Source of the DNA: Octopus vulgaris
Taxonomy: Eukaryota
DNA: 64,000 nt
NCBI GenBank assembly: GCA_951406725.2
Contig: OX597820.1
Span: 122,388,001 to 122,452,000 of the forward strand
Direction of reading: 5' to 3'
The translations under genes were made by a program, and so were the position numbers. The notes below the pieces were generated by a model, which saw only the letters and a program-made list of their open reading frames with translations, made no database searches and had not been told where the DNA came from. Below are positions 26,410 through 40,074 of the stretch, piece by piece. How positions within the stretch are numbered: position 1 is the first letter of the stretch; every line of letters starts with the position of its first letter.

Positions 26410-26925
26410 CAGATGATTTAGTCTACTGCATCATGGACTAAATCACATGTATCTTGCTTTATCACAATCTATCTCCTCACCTCTGTCTATGCCACATCCT
26501 TCGTGTCCGATGGCATCACTTTGTCTCCAACAATTTGGTGCGACACCAGTGCAGAATCACCTCCCTCCGACAAGTCATCCTAACGAGACATCTGCGTTGG
26601 CTGGGTCATGCCCTCTGTCGTCAACCAGGAGAATTCATCTACAAAGCAATTGCCCCAGCTCCCCTTCAGGGTTGGCGAAAGCGTCGTGGTGGACAAGGAA
26701 AAACCTGGATGATGATGGTCAAGGCTGATCTGGAACCCAACCTAGGACCCCATATCTATGGGATTCACTGCTGGAATAAGGAGTGGTTGGAGATCACGCG
26801 ATCGTTAGCCTAAAATCACCAGGTCTGGTTGGCGTTTGTGAGAGATGCAGCATTGAGGATAAATGAAGCCAGCTCAACCCACCCCGGGTGAATGCTGTAA
26901 GATGAAGAAGAAGAAGAAGAAGAAC
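26410..26925 (+). mobile_element. RTE-clade LINE 3' fragment
   Basis: LRWLGHALCRQP...WRKRRGGQGKTW...VKADLE, with an (AAG)n tail. Confidence 0.8.
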
Positions 26926-27466
26926 TGTGGAACTGAATCAACATCTTTGTTGGGAAGCAACCTTGTTAACCAGGCTGTCATGCTGGAGGTCATAGCCAAA
27001 GTTTCATCTACTACGATAATTGCACATAGGGGTGAGTGTGTGAGTGCACATGCACACACACACTTATTACTAATACACATATATACATGTAGTGTAAATC
27101 AATATTATAATTCTGATGTTGTGAGAGATTGTTCTACTGAATTTCAGACAAAATAGGTTTACTATTTAAATTTATTTCCTCCCCTTTTGAACTGTTTCCA
27201 TCATTAGGGTAACGTAGTCCTTCCAATAGAAGGCATAGGGAGCGTTTAAAAATATATTTGTCTAGAACAAAGAAATGAGAGAAGAATTATGTTTCATCAC
27301 AGGACGTCTTAATGATAGAAGCAAGCTCCAACTGTGAGAAATAGAAAAACATGTATTTCTTAACACTCTTCATGCTTTCAGGAAATATTCCCATGTATAC
27401 AATGGTTTTGCATACAGATTCTCTCATGCTGTCTCACCTTACCCACAATCTTAGTGTGTGCCTTTC

Positions 27467-27498
<32 letters not shown>

Positions 27499-28221
27499 CA
27501 TGTGTTTATCTAAATGCATGTGTGCATGTTTTTGTATGTAAAAAGACATTACACTTCTACTAAATATATCTACTTCCATTCTTTTAAGCTTTAATCTAAT
27601 TCACCCATCGCTCTATATATCTCTCCACTATTAGTTTTCTGCTAATTTCTTTCCTTCTCCTCCTTCTCTTTCTATAAACTACCTTTTGAAGTTATATCTA
27701 CTAACAGTTTTTTCTCAATAAACTTGATAGCATTCCCTTCATCCTTTATGCAGTCATCACATTCTGTTAAAATGCCTTATTGATGTGTTTGGTTTCTTTT
27801 TTTTTTTTGTTCCCTGATGGGAAGAATGCATTACTTTACACTATTTCATTCCTTCTGGAATAATACCAATGTTGTCTTCGAAACATATGTCGGAAGGAAA
27901 AAAATTTGAATAACACCTGTGTTTAACTCTATTTATTTATCTATATTATACAAATGATTTCACCTGATACTGGAGTTTCTACCTTTATAAATAGGCTGTT
28001 ACATCCTTGCTACTTGAGTGAATTTTTGCTACCCTGGTAACTGTTTATTTATTTTTTCTGTGTTATTTGTAAACACTGAAAAAAACACACATACATTTAT
28101 ATATGTGTATATATACATAAACACATATCTATATATATGTACATGTGTGTGTATATATATATATATATGTATATGTGTGTATGTGCAAAATCATATAAAA
28201 GAATATATATATATATATATA

Positions 28222-29380
28222 ATCATCCTCATTTAATGTCCACCTTCCATGCTGCCATGGCTTGGACAGTTTGACCAAGGACTTGCAAGCCAGGCTCCAA
28301 TCTCATAATGTTTCTACAGCTGGATGCCCTTCCTAATACCAAAAACTCTGAGAGTGTAGTGGATGCTTTTTATGTGCCACTGGCTCAGGGGCCAGTCAGG
28401 TGGCACTGGCCTTGACTATGCTCGAATGGTGCTCTTTATGTGCCACCAGCATGGGAGCCAGTCTGACAGCACTGGCATCGATCATGCTCAAATGGTGCTT
28501 TTTATGTGCCACCAACATGGATGCCGGTCAGGTGGTACTGGCATCAGCAATGACGATGATCTCACTTGACTCAACAGGTCTTCTCAAGCACATCATATTG
28601 CCCAATGATTGAATGGTACGCTTAAATGGGCCGGTTATGTGACAATAGCATAGGCCATGGCTAAGACCACACTTGGCTTGCTGGGTCTTCTCAAGTGCAG
28701 CATAACTCTAACGGTCTCGGTCGCTTGTCATTGGCCTCTGTGAGGCCCAACATTTGAAAGTCATGCTTCACCACCTCATCCCAGGTCTTCCTGGGTCTGC
28801 TGCTTCCACAAGTTCCCTCCACTGTAAGGGTGACATTTCTTTACATAGTTGTCCTCCTCCATATACATCACATGACTATACCGATGCAGACATCTCTCTT
28901 GCACACCACATGTTTCACTGCTGTGTAGCATAGCTGTTTGTACACATGCATTATACATTCTACCTTTTACTCTGAGCAAGAGGCCCTTTGTTACTAGCAG
29001 TGGTAGGAACTCCCTGCACCTTTCCAAGGCTATTCCTATACTAGCAGCTATAATCTAGGAGCATCCACCCCTCACTACTGATTTGGTCACCTAGGTAACG
29101 GAAGCTATTAACTGCTTCTAGTTTTTCCCTTAGCACGTGATGGAAGCTGTTTTCTGCATATTTTCATTGTTCATTGCCCCTATGCATCTGCCACATGCAA
29201 AACCTATCTTCCCAGTTAGCCTTCCTTTGATATTGCTGCACCTCTTATGTGGCCATAGCTATACACTGGGTTCATTTTATGGAGTTTCTACCTGTGCTGT
29301 TTCCACAGATCAAGCAGAGCCACCTACATGAATGGGTTTGTGATTTGTCTGCCTTTGGGTTTTGCCAGATTGACTCAAAG
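28222..29380 (-). mobile_element. Decayed RTE-clade LINE (RT C-terminus + 3' UTR, (GAT)n-type tail)
   Basis: REFLPLLVTKGLLLRVKGRMYNACVQTAMLHSSET. The 3' UTR with CAGCTGGATGCCCTTCCTAA is shared by many copies. Confidence 0.82.
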
Positions 29381-31669
29381 GCCTTTTGGTTCTAGATCTT
29401 GCTTCCACACCTGAAACCTCTCCTCTATATGTGTGTGTACACATGTCTGTTTACATGTGGCTGTGTGTACATATATAAATATGCATGTGTATATATGTGT
29501 GTGTGTGTATATATATACATACACACACACACACATGCATATATGCATATAGATGTATGTAATATGCACATACATATATGTACACATACACACACACACA
29601 CACAGATATATTTATATATATATACATACCCATATATTTATAAATGTATACATGTCTATCTGTGTGTACATATATGTATGTATAATCTGTCAGTATTTTG
29701 AATATAAACTACTTAACTGTTGTCTTATGAATTGAATCTTTTCCTTTTCCTACATAGATATGACTACTAACATGTCTATGTGTGTGTCTCTCTCTCTCTA
29801 TATATATGTGTGTGTATGTGTGTGAGTGCATGCGCTTATATATGTACACACACACACACACACACCTCTGTTTTATGCATGCTGATTATACATTTGTTAT
29901 TTTTTCTAATTATCTTATTTTTATTTCTTTTCTTCCCCATTTTTTTTCTTTTCTTCATTTTCTCTTTTATTAATTTCACATCATTTCCTTTTCTCGTTGT
30001 CTGATTATCTCCCCATTGTACTTTTGTCATCTCTTTACCCCCCCTCCCTCCCTCTCAACTCCTCTCACCATCTCTCTTTCTCTTCTGTTCTCATTTGGCT
30101 CTTGTCATTTTCAATTATTTTCCTGTAGCCATTCTCCTCATTACTGTCACCTTCGTCATAATCATTATCCCCTCCTCCTCCTCAGCATCATTATCATTAC
30201 CAGCTTCATCACATTTCTTACCACCAAAGTGTCAAATCTATCATTGTCATGCTCACCACCACCACCACCACCTCCAACAACGACACCATCATCATCACCA
30301 TCGTTGTGGTCTTCAGTGAGATGATCATCAGGCTTATATTCGTCATAAATTCACTTGTTTACATAAGGAGTATTTATTTAACAGAGTTAACAGTTAATCA
30401 GTTCTGGTGCCGCACATCATACCGTGGCTGTTCACCTTCCACACCACTGATCATTGTTTGGATATTTGGAGATGAGTCACAAAACTAAAGAGTCATCTTA
30501 TCAGCTGTCTATCCCAAGAGGAACACAGCAAACATTCTTTATATCTAATGAGAAATAGTGTTGTTGTCATTGAGAAGAGGTTAGCATTGGTGATAAACGA
30601 TTGGCGAACCCCATTTCTTATGTGCTTACAATAGAGAATCAGGTGTGGTAGTCTAGTGCATAAGTTGTTAAATTCTTGGCTCGTGGGGCTTGAAGTGATA
30701 TTCCAGTTTTTAATTGATTTTATTTTGTAGCTTTTTACTTTGCCTGCTTTCACTCAGTGTCCCTCGCAGTGATGAGTAGGTATCATAGAGCAGCGTTAAT
30801 TATATTAAACTGATATAACTTGTAAATAGGCATCTCTTTACTTTGAGAAATTCGAGTTGGGTAACAAACCTGAATTATACGTATTAGGGCCAAGGTGACA
30901 TTGACAAAATATCTTTCTCAAATTTATATCATTTTGACCCAACACTGTATCTTTTGGATTATTTTCCATCATGAATAACTGAAATCAGAAAGATAGCATT
31001 TGACGAAGGCCAGGTGAACTGGCTTTGTTTGTCGTCATCTTTTATTAAACATCTAGCTCAGCATCTTCTCTGCCCACTGAAACACATACAGTCTTAGTAA
31101 ACAGGATTTCTTTTATTTGAGACTATCTTCTATACAAATCATGTTTTGTTTTTAGTTTTTTGCTACAAAGTTCCTTTTTAGAACAAACACTATAAAATGA
31201 CAAATGTTATATTGTCATAGTTGGAATAAGTTGTCTGTCAACATGACAATGAATTTGGTGTTACATAAAATGGCCTGCAATGAATACTTGATGTTAATTA
31301 ATTTATGAAAGAGCTGAAAATTATTCCCATCAGCAATCTGTTTATGGCACTCACCCCTTTCTCTTGCACAGATTTCTTCTCTGCTGTCTCAGCTTAAAAG
31401 CCGAATGATTGTCAGCATATCTTCCCTTGGAGATCGATAAACAAACATCATTAATGCATTGGTATCAGTTTAATAATTTATCCTGACTACCTTCCAACAT
31501 TATCATTGTATTGAGTCAAAAGAAAGACAGAGATTATTGCATGGAAAATCACCCATCTTGATCCCTAAGAGTATGTAGCTCAAAGATTTGAGGTCTGTTG
31601 TTCAAATCCAGTCAAAGATTATTTTTGCTTGCAACTTCTTTGGCCCCTTTTAAGGTGGCCTGGCCTAGC

Positions 31670-31985
31670 TCTCCACTGGTTACAATGACAAAGTGTTCTA
31701 TTTGATCTGACCAGCAGAATAGCCTGCACATGAAATTAACAAGTGGCTGAGTACTCCACAGACACATGTACCCTTACTGTAGTTCTCAGAGAGATTTAAC
31801 TTGAGAGAAAGCGATGAATCTGGCCTTTTGAATTTAAAGCACAATACATTTTTGAAAGCTGAGTAAACTTGAACATTGTGAAATAAAGTGTCTTGCTCAG
31901 GGACACACTGTGCCTCCAAGAACTGAACTCATGACCTTGCTATTGAATGCCAAATCCCCTAACCATTGAGCTACCTGCCTTCACC
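31670..31985 (-). mobile_element. Decayed SINE sharing the family-1 3' tail
   Basis: AAGTGGCTGAGTACTCCACAGACACATGTACCCTTA closely matches the reverse complement of the family-1 tail. Confidence 0.6.
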
Positions 31986-32342
31986 GCTTTACGTAAAATA
32001 TTTCTTAACAGATAAGTGTGACAATGAGGATCATTTTGAAGCTGTGATTTCATGGTTGAAAATATATGAAAATAATTCCTCCTTTGTAGGATACCAGTTT
32101 ATTCCAAGTAACATTCACTCAAATACTTTGGTTATAGCTTCTAACAGCTGGAGCAACTACGAATATTGCTACATTTAACAGAATGGATTTACTTGGTTGC
32201 TCTATTGCTTACCACTTAGCAATTCTCTAAAACAGTGTTTCCAAAATTCTTTCATGTCAAAATTGCCAATTGAAAACAAAGGATTTAGTGCTATTTTCTC
32301 TTAATTGCTTATGTCTTTCACTGTAGCAAAAAATATAGCTAT

Positions 32343-32660
32343 ATATGAGGTTCAGCTGAACAGTGCATACACGTGGAATGTGACCAAATGACATTTATTT
32401 TTTTAACAAAGACCCCTTGTGGCCCTCACATTTCTTCCATTAGTGTTGCAGTGCTTGGATTGCATGGAAGAAGATTTCATCCAGTTTGTAAAAAAAAATC
32501 CTCAACAGTAGATATGATGTCATCATCACTGCGATACTGGTTCCCATCTAAGTGGTTTTTCATGTTGAGGAACATATTGAGGGGTCAGATGGAGCTAAAT
32601 CAAGAGAATAGGGATAATGATCAACCAGCTGAAAACCATGCTCATGCACAGCAGCTATTG
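32343..32660 (-). mobile_element. Probable mariner remnant
   Basis: TA|TGAGG...TGAA terminus and body resemble mariner 3' ends. No intact ORF. Confidence 0.4.
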
Positions 32661-32789
32661 AGGGGACAAAAAAGGGTAGACAAAGGGATTAAGCCAATTA
32701 AATCGACCTCAGTGGAATTTGAACTCAGAAGACAACTGCAGGTGAAATACCACCAAGCATTTTGCCCAGCTTGTGTGTGTGTGTGTATG

Positions 32790-33255
32790 TCATCATCATC
32801 ATCATCGTTTAACGTCCGTTTTCAATGCTACCATGGGTTGGATGTCTCGACTGGTGTCTGGGAAACCAGGAAGCTGCACCAGGCTCCTGTCTGATCTGGC
32901 AGTGTTTCTACAGCTGGATGCCCTTCCTAACTCCAACCACTCCGTGAATGTAGTGGGTGCTTTGTATGTGCCACCGGCACAGGGACCAGAGGAGGCTGGC
33001 AATGACCACGATCAGTTGGTGCTTTTTACGTGCCACTGGCACGGAAGCCAGCCAGGACAGCTCTGGCATCGGCCACATTCAGATGGTGCTTTTTATGTGC
33101 CACCGGCACGGGTATCACAACTACAATTTCCATTTGATTTTTATTTTGATGTTGATGTACTTGACTCAATAGGTCTCCTCAAGCACTGCAGGTCACCCCA
33201 CGATCCAATGTAAGGACCGCAGGCCATCCCGCGATCCAAGGTACTTTGAATGGGC
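32790..33255 (-). mobile_element. RTE-related 3'-end element ((CAT)n...GTTTAACGTCCGTTTT family)
   Basis: Other copies at about 1140-1390, 4533-4705, 17260-17410(+), 22880-23060(+), 41205-41437(+), 43233-43480, 44716-45140, 45600-45885(+), 51840-52060, 59722-60115 and 60425-60580. Confidence 0.8.
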
Positions 33256-33743
33256 ATATATAAATAATTGTTAAACAGGACAGCAAGCATTCAGGCAAAG
33301 CAAACAACTCAAGTCATATACAATATTATTTATAGGAAGAAATTCAAAATCTTCCAGCTGTTACTGGGATATCCCTAAGTAGGATATTCCACCATGGGAG
33401 ACAAACAGGGAAGAACTATCTTCTCCATTTTTGTACTTGTTTATGGTATTTTTATACCTATAAAGAATGTTTTCAACTGTTATTTTCATATTCTTAATAC
33501 TTACTCTGACTGACTTTTATGGATAATGATGAATTTTTTATTGGAAATTATTTTTTCTCTCTTTTTGGATCCTTCAAAAAGTTTGAATTGTTCTTTTTGA
33601 AATTATTTATATTTTATAAATATTTAAAAAAAATATATGTATTGATATGTATTAATATATGTATATGCATTTTAAGTCGAATTTATAAATGTATGAGTAT
33701 GATTGCCTAATTTGGTTTTTATATCTTAGTTCTCATATATATA

Positions 33744-34128
33744 TCTCTCTCTATATAAACGGCAGTTTGTCTGTGCGTGTTTCTGTGTGTCTGTTTGCTT
33801 GTACCCTCACCCTGACCACGGCTTTCAACCGATTCTGATGAAACTTGACACACACATAGCCCAATGTCATAATTCAAAACTAACGCAGCGAAAATTTTGA
33901 AAAGTTCCCCCAGTTCTCAAAAAAATCGATAAATTCGACATGGGGTCGAGAATCAGGAACACAAACCACAAACTTTGTAGGTGACGCAACTCCACCTTTT
34001 TTAACTATCAAAAAAAAATTTACCATAATTTTTTCCGTTTTTTTTGCTATTTTTGGGCTATAACTCTCTAAAAATGCTTTATAGTTATTTCCCTTACAAA
34101 CCTGAGCAACGCCGGGCGATACTGCTAG
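33744..34128 (+). mobile_element. Non-autonomous Helitron-type element
   Basis: A|TC 5' end, CTGT-type microsatellite, ACCGATTCTGATGAAACTTG motif, subterminal GC-rich hairpin and CTAG|T 3' end. No TSD. Confidence 0.75.
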
Positions 34129-34144
34129 TATATATATATATATA

Positions 34145-34229
34145 CTTTATTTAAAGCAGCAGAAAATTCAACAAAACCTGTTACTCTGAGTTTCCCGTTT
34201 TGTTGAATTTTCTGCTGCTTTAAATAAAG
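34145..34229. repeat. Perfect hairpin, 33-bp arms, 19-nt loop, in (TA)n
   Basis: CTTTATTTAAAGCAGCAGAAAATTCAACAAAAC pairs with GTTTTGTTGAATTTTCTGCTGCTTTAAATAAAG. Confidence 0.95.
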
Positions 34230-34300
34230 CATATTACTCTACCTCTGGTATTTGAGTACTCTTTTTTCCACCTTGTTTCACATTTATGTGATTACTCCGG

Positions 34301-34336
<36 letters not shown>

Positions 34337-34402
34337 TACATATAAAGATGTTTCTTGTTTATTTTGTTACAATCTTTTGACTGTTTCTTCTTATTCTTGC
34401 AG

Positions 34403-34522
34403 CCAAGTATCCGTGATTAGTGGAAGTGTGCTGACCAGAGATGGAAGTTCCCTTATTGGTGTGAGAGTAGGAGTAGTCACTCAACCGCTTTATGGATATA
34501 CATTTACTCGAGCTGGAGGAAG
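34403..34522 (+). CDS. TENM: Teneurin internal exon: TTR/Ig-like domain, part 1
   Basis: tgcag acceptor, AG|gtcagt donor, phase 2-2. QVSVISGSVLTRDGSSLIGVRVGVVTQPLYGYTFTRAGG. Confidence 0.95.
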
Positions 34523-35142
34523 GTCAGTTTTTTGTTGCTCTCCCCCACTCTTTTGCTCTCTGTAAAGTCAAGCAGAGAGACAGATAAATAGGCTGATAGT
34601 TAAAATTTGGAAAGCTTAACAGATTGATTGATAGAAATATAAATATAAGTTAGAACGGTTTCAGACATTATTGGCCCAGGCCATGACTAACTTAATAACA
34701 CCATCTAGGGACACCATATATATACATATATGTATGTATGTATATGTATATATATCAGTTTCACATGTGTGTGTCAGAAGGGAGGGGAAGAAGAACTTAA
34801 AAGACCAAGTATGTTATCCCTCTTCTTCCTCTTGAGACTATATATAAAAAAAAACATTTAAAAATTTTTTAAAATCATAAATACACAAAGTAATTTAACA
34901 AAGCAACTGAAACATATCTCTCAAAAAAAGACAGCAACAACAACAAGCAATTTAAGACAATTTCCTGTCTTAAACAGTGGTTATCTTTTATGCTCCATAG
35001 CAGTTTTCTTAATCATACCACATCATGGTTTATTTTTGAAGTAATGTTTTACAGCTGGTTACCATTCCGGATACTATCCCTTTTAGTTGCTTCTCAAGAT
35101 ATGTTAGGATGCTGTCAATCAATTCTAAAACTGTCATGTATA

Positions 35143-35506
35143 GGCACAGGAGTGGCTGTGTGGTAAGTAGCTTGCTTACCAACCACATGGTTCCAGGTTC
35201 AGTCCCACTGCATGGCACCTTGGGCAAGTGTCTTCTACTATAGCCTCGGGCCGACCAAAGCCTTGTGAGTGGATTTGGTATATGTGCGTGTGTGTTTGTG
35301 TGTCTGTGTTTGTCCCCCTAGCATTGCTTGACAGCCGATGCTGGTGTGTTTACGACCCCGTCACTTAGCGGTTTGGCAAAAGAGACCGATAGAATAAGTA
35401 CTGGCTTACAAAGAATAAGTCCCAGGGTCGAGTTGCTTGATTAAAGGTGGTGCTCCAGCATGGCCACAGTCAAATGACTGAAACAAGTAAAAGAGTAAAG
35501 AGAGTA
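35143..35506 (+). mobile_element. SINE family 2 (internal deletion)
   Basis: Reverse complement of 5980-6424. Confidence 0.87.
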
Positions 35507-36420
35507 ACATAGAAACATATCTGAACCAAGCACTCTGCCTGAGCAGTACCTAAATAAACACTTGTAAATTGCCAAACTGTTTAATCCACCAAAATCAAAA
35601 TGTGTAGAAAATCTAGTTGGCAGTGTATATAGATCTTGATTTTTAGATGTACAGGTACCTCATCATTTTGGAACAGGTTGTCAATTTTCCATCTTTGTAT
35701 TTGGTTTGCAAGATTCATAATGTAAAATTCTGAGATCAAATAGATATTTTTTGTATTTTGGGCAGGTCATTATGCCCAGTTGGCTGTCAGATATTGAACT
35801 TTTATTTGTGCTTGTATAAGAAATAACAATTCAGTGTATCTAGTGAGATAAAAACCAAAGATTTATCTTTCATTAAATTAGTGACCTAAACACAAAGTAA
35901 TACAAAACTGTATTTTGTGTGCCTTTAAAGGTGCTTGGAGACAAATTATTGACTTTTTAGAAGACTGATGTTTAATTTCAGTATGACCAGTTTTGCTGGT
36001 CGTATTGACAAAGACAAGGTTTTTTTGTCTTTTAAATGAGACTCAGTGAAACTGGATGTCAACAAACTAAGTGAGCCATATCAGGCATTATTAAGACCAT
36101 CGACAAATCATTAATATATCCAACTCATGAGCAAAGAAATAATGTTTAAAAGAAGAACAAAAAAACCAGAATTGCAAGAGCAAAGTTAATATCTTCCTGT
36201 GTCCAGTGAATCATGAGAGGACACTTTGGAGATCACTGACTTGTATCAAATAAGCTTTAAAAACATCAGAAAAATGGGATAAATAATTACTGTGCCTCCT
36301 TAATCATTGGGGAAATTACTGAGTCATGAATATATATAATTGAAAAGAAGTCATTGATTTCTGAATTTACATGTTTGTAAGTTTTTAATAAGGTGGTAGA
36401 ATAATTAATTAAACTTACCT

Positions 36421-37425
36421 CATCGTCATCATCATCATTTAGCATCCATTTTCCATGCTGGCATGGGTGAGATGGTTTGACTGGAACTGGTAAGCTGGAG
36501 AGCTGTACCAGGCTCCAGTCTGATTTGGCTTGATTTCTATGACTGGATGCCCTTCCTAATACCAACCACTCCATGAGAGTAGTGAGTGCCTTTTATGTGT
36601 CACCAGCATGGTTACCATTTACGTGTCACTGGCACTGGCCATGATTATGATTTTACTTGGTTTGATGAGTTTCTCAAGCACAGCAAATCGACAAAGGTCT
36701 TGGTCACTTGTCATCACTTCCATATGACCCAACATCCAAAGATCATGTTTGATCACCTCATCCCATGTCTTCCTGGGTCTACTTCTTCCACAGGTTCCCT
36801 CCACATTTAAGAGATCGGCACTTCTTTATGCAACTGTCCTCATCCATATGCTTCACATGACCATCCTAGAGCAGTCTTCTTCCTTGCATACCACATCTAA
36901 TGCCTCATATGCCGAATTCTTCTCTCAAGGTGCTCACACTCTGTCCTACACATACATTGACATTGCACATCCAGCAAAGCATTCACATGTCTTCTGCAGT
37001 CACAGCCCATGTTTCACTGCCATATAGTATGGCTGGTTCACACAAAGGCATCATACAGTCTGCCGTTCACTCTGCAGGAGATCTCTTTCTTGCCAACAAA
37101 GGTAGAAGCTCTCTGAACTTTGCTCAGCCAATTCTTATTCTTGCAGCTATGCTCTTGAAGCATCCACCTTCACTGCAGACTTGGTCACCAAGAGAATGGA
37201 AGCTATCATCTACTTCTAGGTATCCCCCTTAGCATTTGATGCAGTCTGTTTTCTGTACAATTCTAGTGTTTATTGTACCGATACATCTGCTGCACACAAA
37301 GACTACTTTCTTTGTTGACTTCCCTTTCATATTGCAGCACTCCTTATGTGTCCATAACTTGCACTCGGTATACCATATGGAGTTTCTAGCTAGTTCTTTT
37401 CTACATATTGAGCAGGGCTGCATGT
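36421..37425 (-). mobile_element. Decayed RTE-clade LINE, same family as 28222-29380
   Basis: EGTCGRSRPRKTWDEVIKHDL, PCSICRK...CKLWTHKEC and the shared 3' UTR. Confidence 0.82.
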
Positions 37426-37819
37426 AGAAAAGGTGTAGGTAGTAACTCTATAAGGTGTACAACAAAGTTATTCTATTCCTCACAGGTAGAAATGTAGAAA
37501 AAAAAAGAAGATAAAAATGCTCTAGGATTTGTTTAAAAACTTAACTGGTCTTGACAGAGCTGCATGACATTCAGCTCTCCATCTTTCTATATCAACTTTG
37601 GAAAATCAGGATCATCTTACCATTTCTGTCCCACCGTTGTCTTTAACAGTTTGTGAGCCATGAAAAAGAGACAAATTTAAAATGATCACAAATCTCAGTC
37701 AGACAAAACTAGATTTGACAGAAAGCCACATGACAAAATGATTTTATCTGTTAATGTATTTTTTGTTGCCTAATCTTTTACTTTTCTGGTTTTGTTGATC
37801 CCAATCTTTTATTTTGCAG

Positions 37820-38099
37820 GTTTGACATTTTAGTCAATGGTGGTGGCTCAGTGACACTACAGTTTAACAGAGAGCCGTTTCCTGCTCAAAGTGCAAGCGT
37901 TCTCGTACCTTGGAACCAAATCATAACAATGGACACAGTTATCATGACTTTGGAAGATGATGACTGGATAGCACCAAATCCAATCCTGTGCAATGTTGAA
38001 CACCAATACTATCTGCTACGGCCAGTTGTCCTCTCAACTTGGCAACACACCCAGCTTGGTGCCTGTCCAGAGAAGACCACTATCATCCCAGAGTCTCAG
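37820..38099 (+). CDS. TENM: Teneurin internal exon: TTR/Ig-like domain, part 2
   Basis: tgcag acceptor, CAG|gtgatt donor, phase 2-0. FDILVNGGGSVTLQFNREPF...VPWNQIITMD...IIPESQ. Confidence 0.95.
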
Positions 38100-39258
38100 G
38101 TGATTAGACTTTTGCTTTATGAAATTATGAACAACAGTAATAATATCCAGAAACATAACTAAGTGTGGTGTAACAGTGAAACTGCACAAGTGGGGGTGGG
38201 TGGGTGACACAACTTCAAAATGATTTAAATGACAAAAGAAAATTTGAAAGATCAATAGATTTATGATTTTAGATCCAAGTGATAACCACAAACAATGAGA
38301 AGGTAAAACGATATTTCACATTTCTAAAATGATTTGTAATATCAATAGTTGTTAAATGTACATAGGCCATTAAATTCTCCTCTCACACAGATTAAAATCT
38401 GCTGTTTTATGAGTATTATACATGCAGTTACATGCACATATATATATATATATATATATATATTAATAAATAAAACGTATGCATATATATATATACATAT
38501 ATGTACGTACCTCCCTCTACATGTATATATACATGCATATATGAGTACAGGACACCAAAATACGTCGAACACAACGAGAAACGAAAACATAGACACAAAC
38601 CCAAGGAACTGGACGTTTTTCTTAAACAACAAAAAAATAGAGTACAGGACAAATAACACAAGGAAAAAACCCCTCCTTCAGTCGCCATGGTTTCATCTAC
38701 TCTACGTTTTGTATACAAGAAGTTTCAAAACCACATTTGGATAAAAATATTTTCAAACTGGAATTATAAAATTTCTCAAGACAGTCTAGCCTTTAATAAC
38801 TACTATCTTTTTGTAAAAATCCCATAGCACCAAGTAATTAACAAGCAGCTTTCTCCGTGATAGTACATAGATATATATACACATATAATGTCCTGGGTAT
38901 GACCTTAAATACATCAAGTGGTGGAGTTTATCCATGAGTAAAGTAATAGTAAGTGTACCTGGGGCTTGGTACTTGCTTCTTGAAAGAGCCAATGCACAGT
39001 AGAGGTAGAGATAAGTTACTGGTTCTGCAATATCATCAACCAACGATAAAAACTGCCAACCATACATGTGTGTGTGTGTGTGTTTTATTCCAAGACCAAC
39101 TTTACCTTTAATTATTCCACAATTAATCAAGCAATCCCCAGCAAATTACTAATATGCATTTTGTTAGACTCCTTCTACAAAAGATGGTCCTTCATGCTTT
39201 TATTATTAATTGTCTTAAAGAAATCCATTTTACAGTTTCTTTTTGCTATTGTTTGCAG

Positions 39259-39526
39259 GTCCTACAGGAGAGCTTGTCCATTCCTCACACCAATGTTCAT
39301 TTAGTCTATCACAGTAGTGAATCTGCCGGATATATGTCAGTTATTTTGATTCAGATGACGCCTAGTAGGATCCCAGAATCCTTAGCTGTGGTGCATCTGA
39401 GAGTGTCTGTAGAAGGAATTGTTATGGAGAAGGTCTTTGAAGCTGATCCAAACCTCAAGTATACTTTTTCTTGGAATCGTCGAAATGTTTACCGCCAGAA
39501 AGTTTATGGTATTGTTACAGCTAGAG
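39259..39526 (+). CDS. TENM: Teneurin internal exon: FN-plug domain
   Basis: tgcag acceptor, AG|gtaagt donor, phase 0-1. VLQESLSIP...VHLRVSVEG...FEADPNLKYTFSWNRRNVYRQKVYG. Confidence 0.96.
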
Positions 39527-40074
39527 GTAAGTATATTTTGGATTTTGATGGAAAACCATTAATGGAAAGAATATCGTTATTACCTGTTTCCTCACAGGCT
39601 AATTTGAGTCTCTTGGCTAAGATTCTGCCAAAGAAGCACACATTTTAGGGGTTTTCTTGTTATGTTTTTTATAATGCTAGAAAATCATTCTTTCACAAAT
39701 CTTGATGATCCATTAGGATTTTAATCGTTTTTTTGGAGAGAGAGAAAGTTATACTCTTGGGTAGGGTTTCAGTTTATCATAAGGATCTGTGAAGAGCTAA
39801 AATTATCGGTTCAAGCCCCACAAAAGATATTTTGCTGTACTTAAAAGTAATGGTTCTCAAACAGACAAATACCAGCCCCCCCCCCCCTCACACACGCTCA
39901 CTGTAAAAGAAAGACATTTACATAACTGAAATTGCTTCTCCCTCTCTTTATTAATGAAAAGAAAGAATAGAATTACATCGATATTATGCTTCTTTCTTCA
40001 CCATCGCATTGAGCAAATGTATGAAATTTGCAACTCTCTAAAATTTAATAAAATTTAGTGCCTTATGAGAAAAA

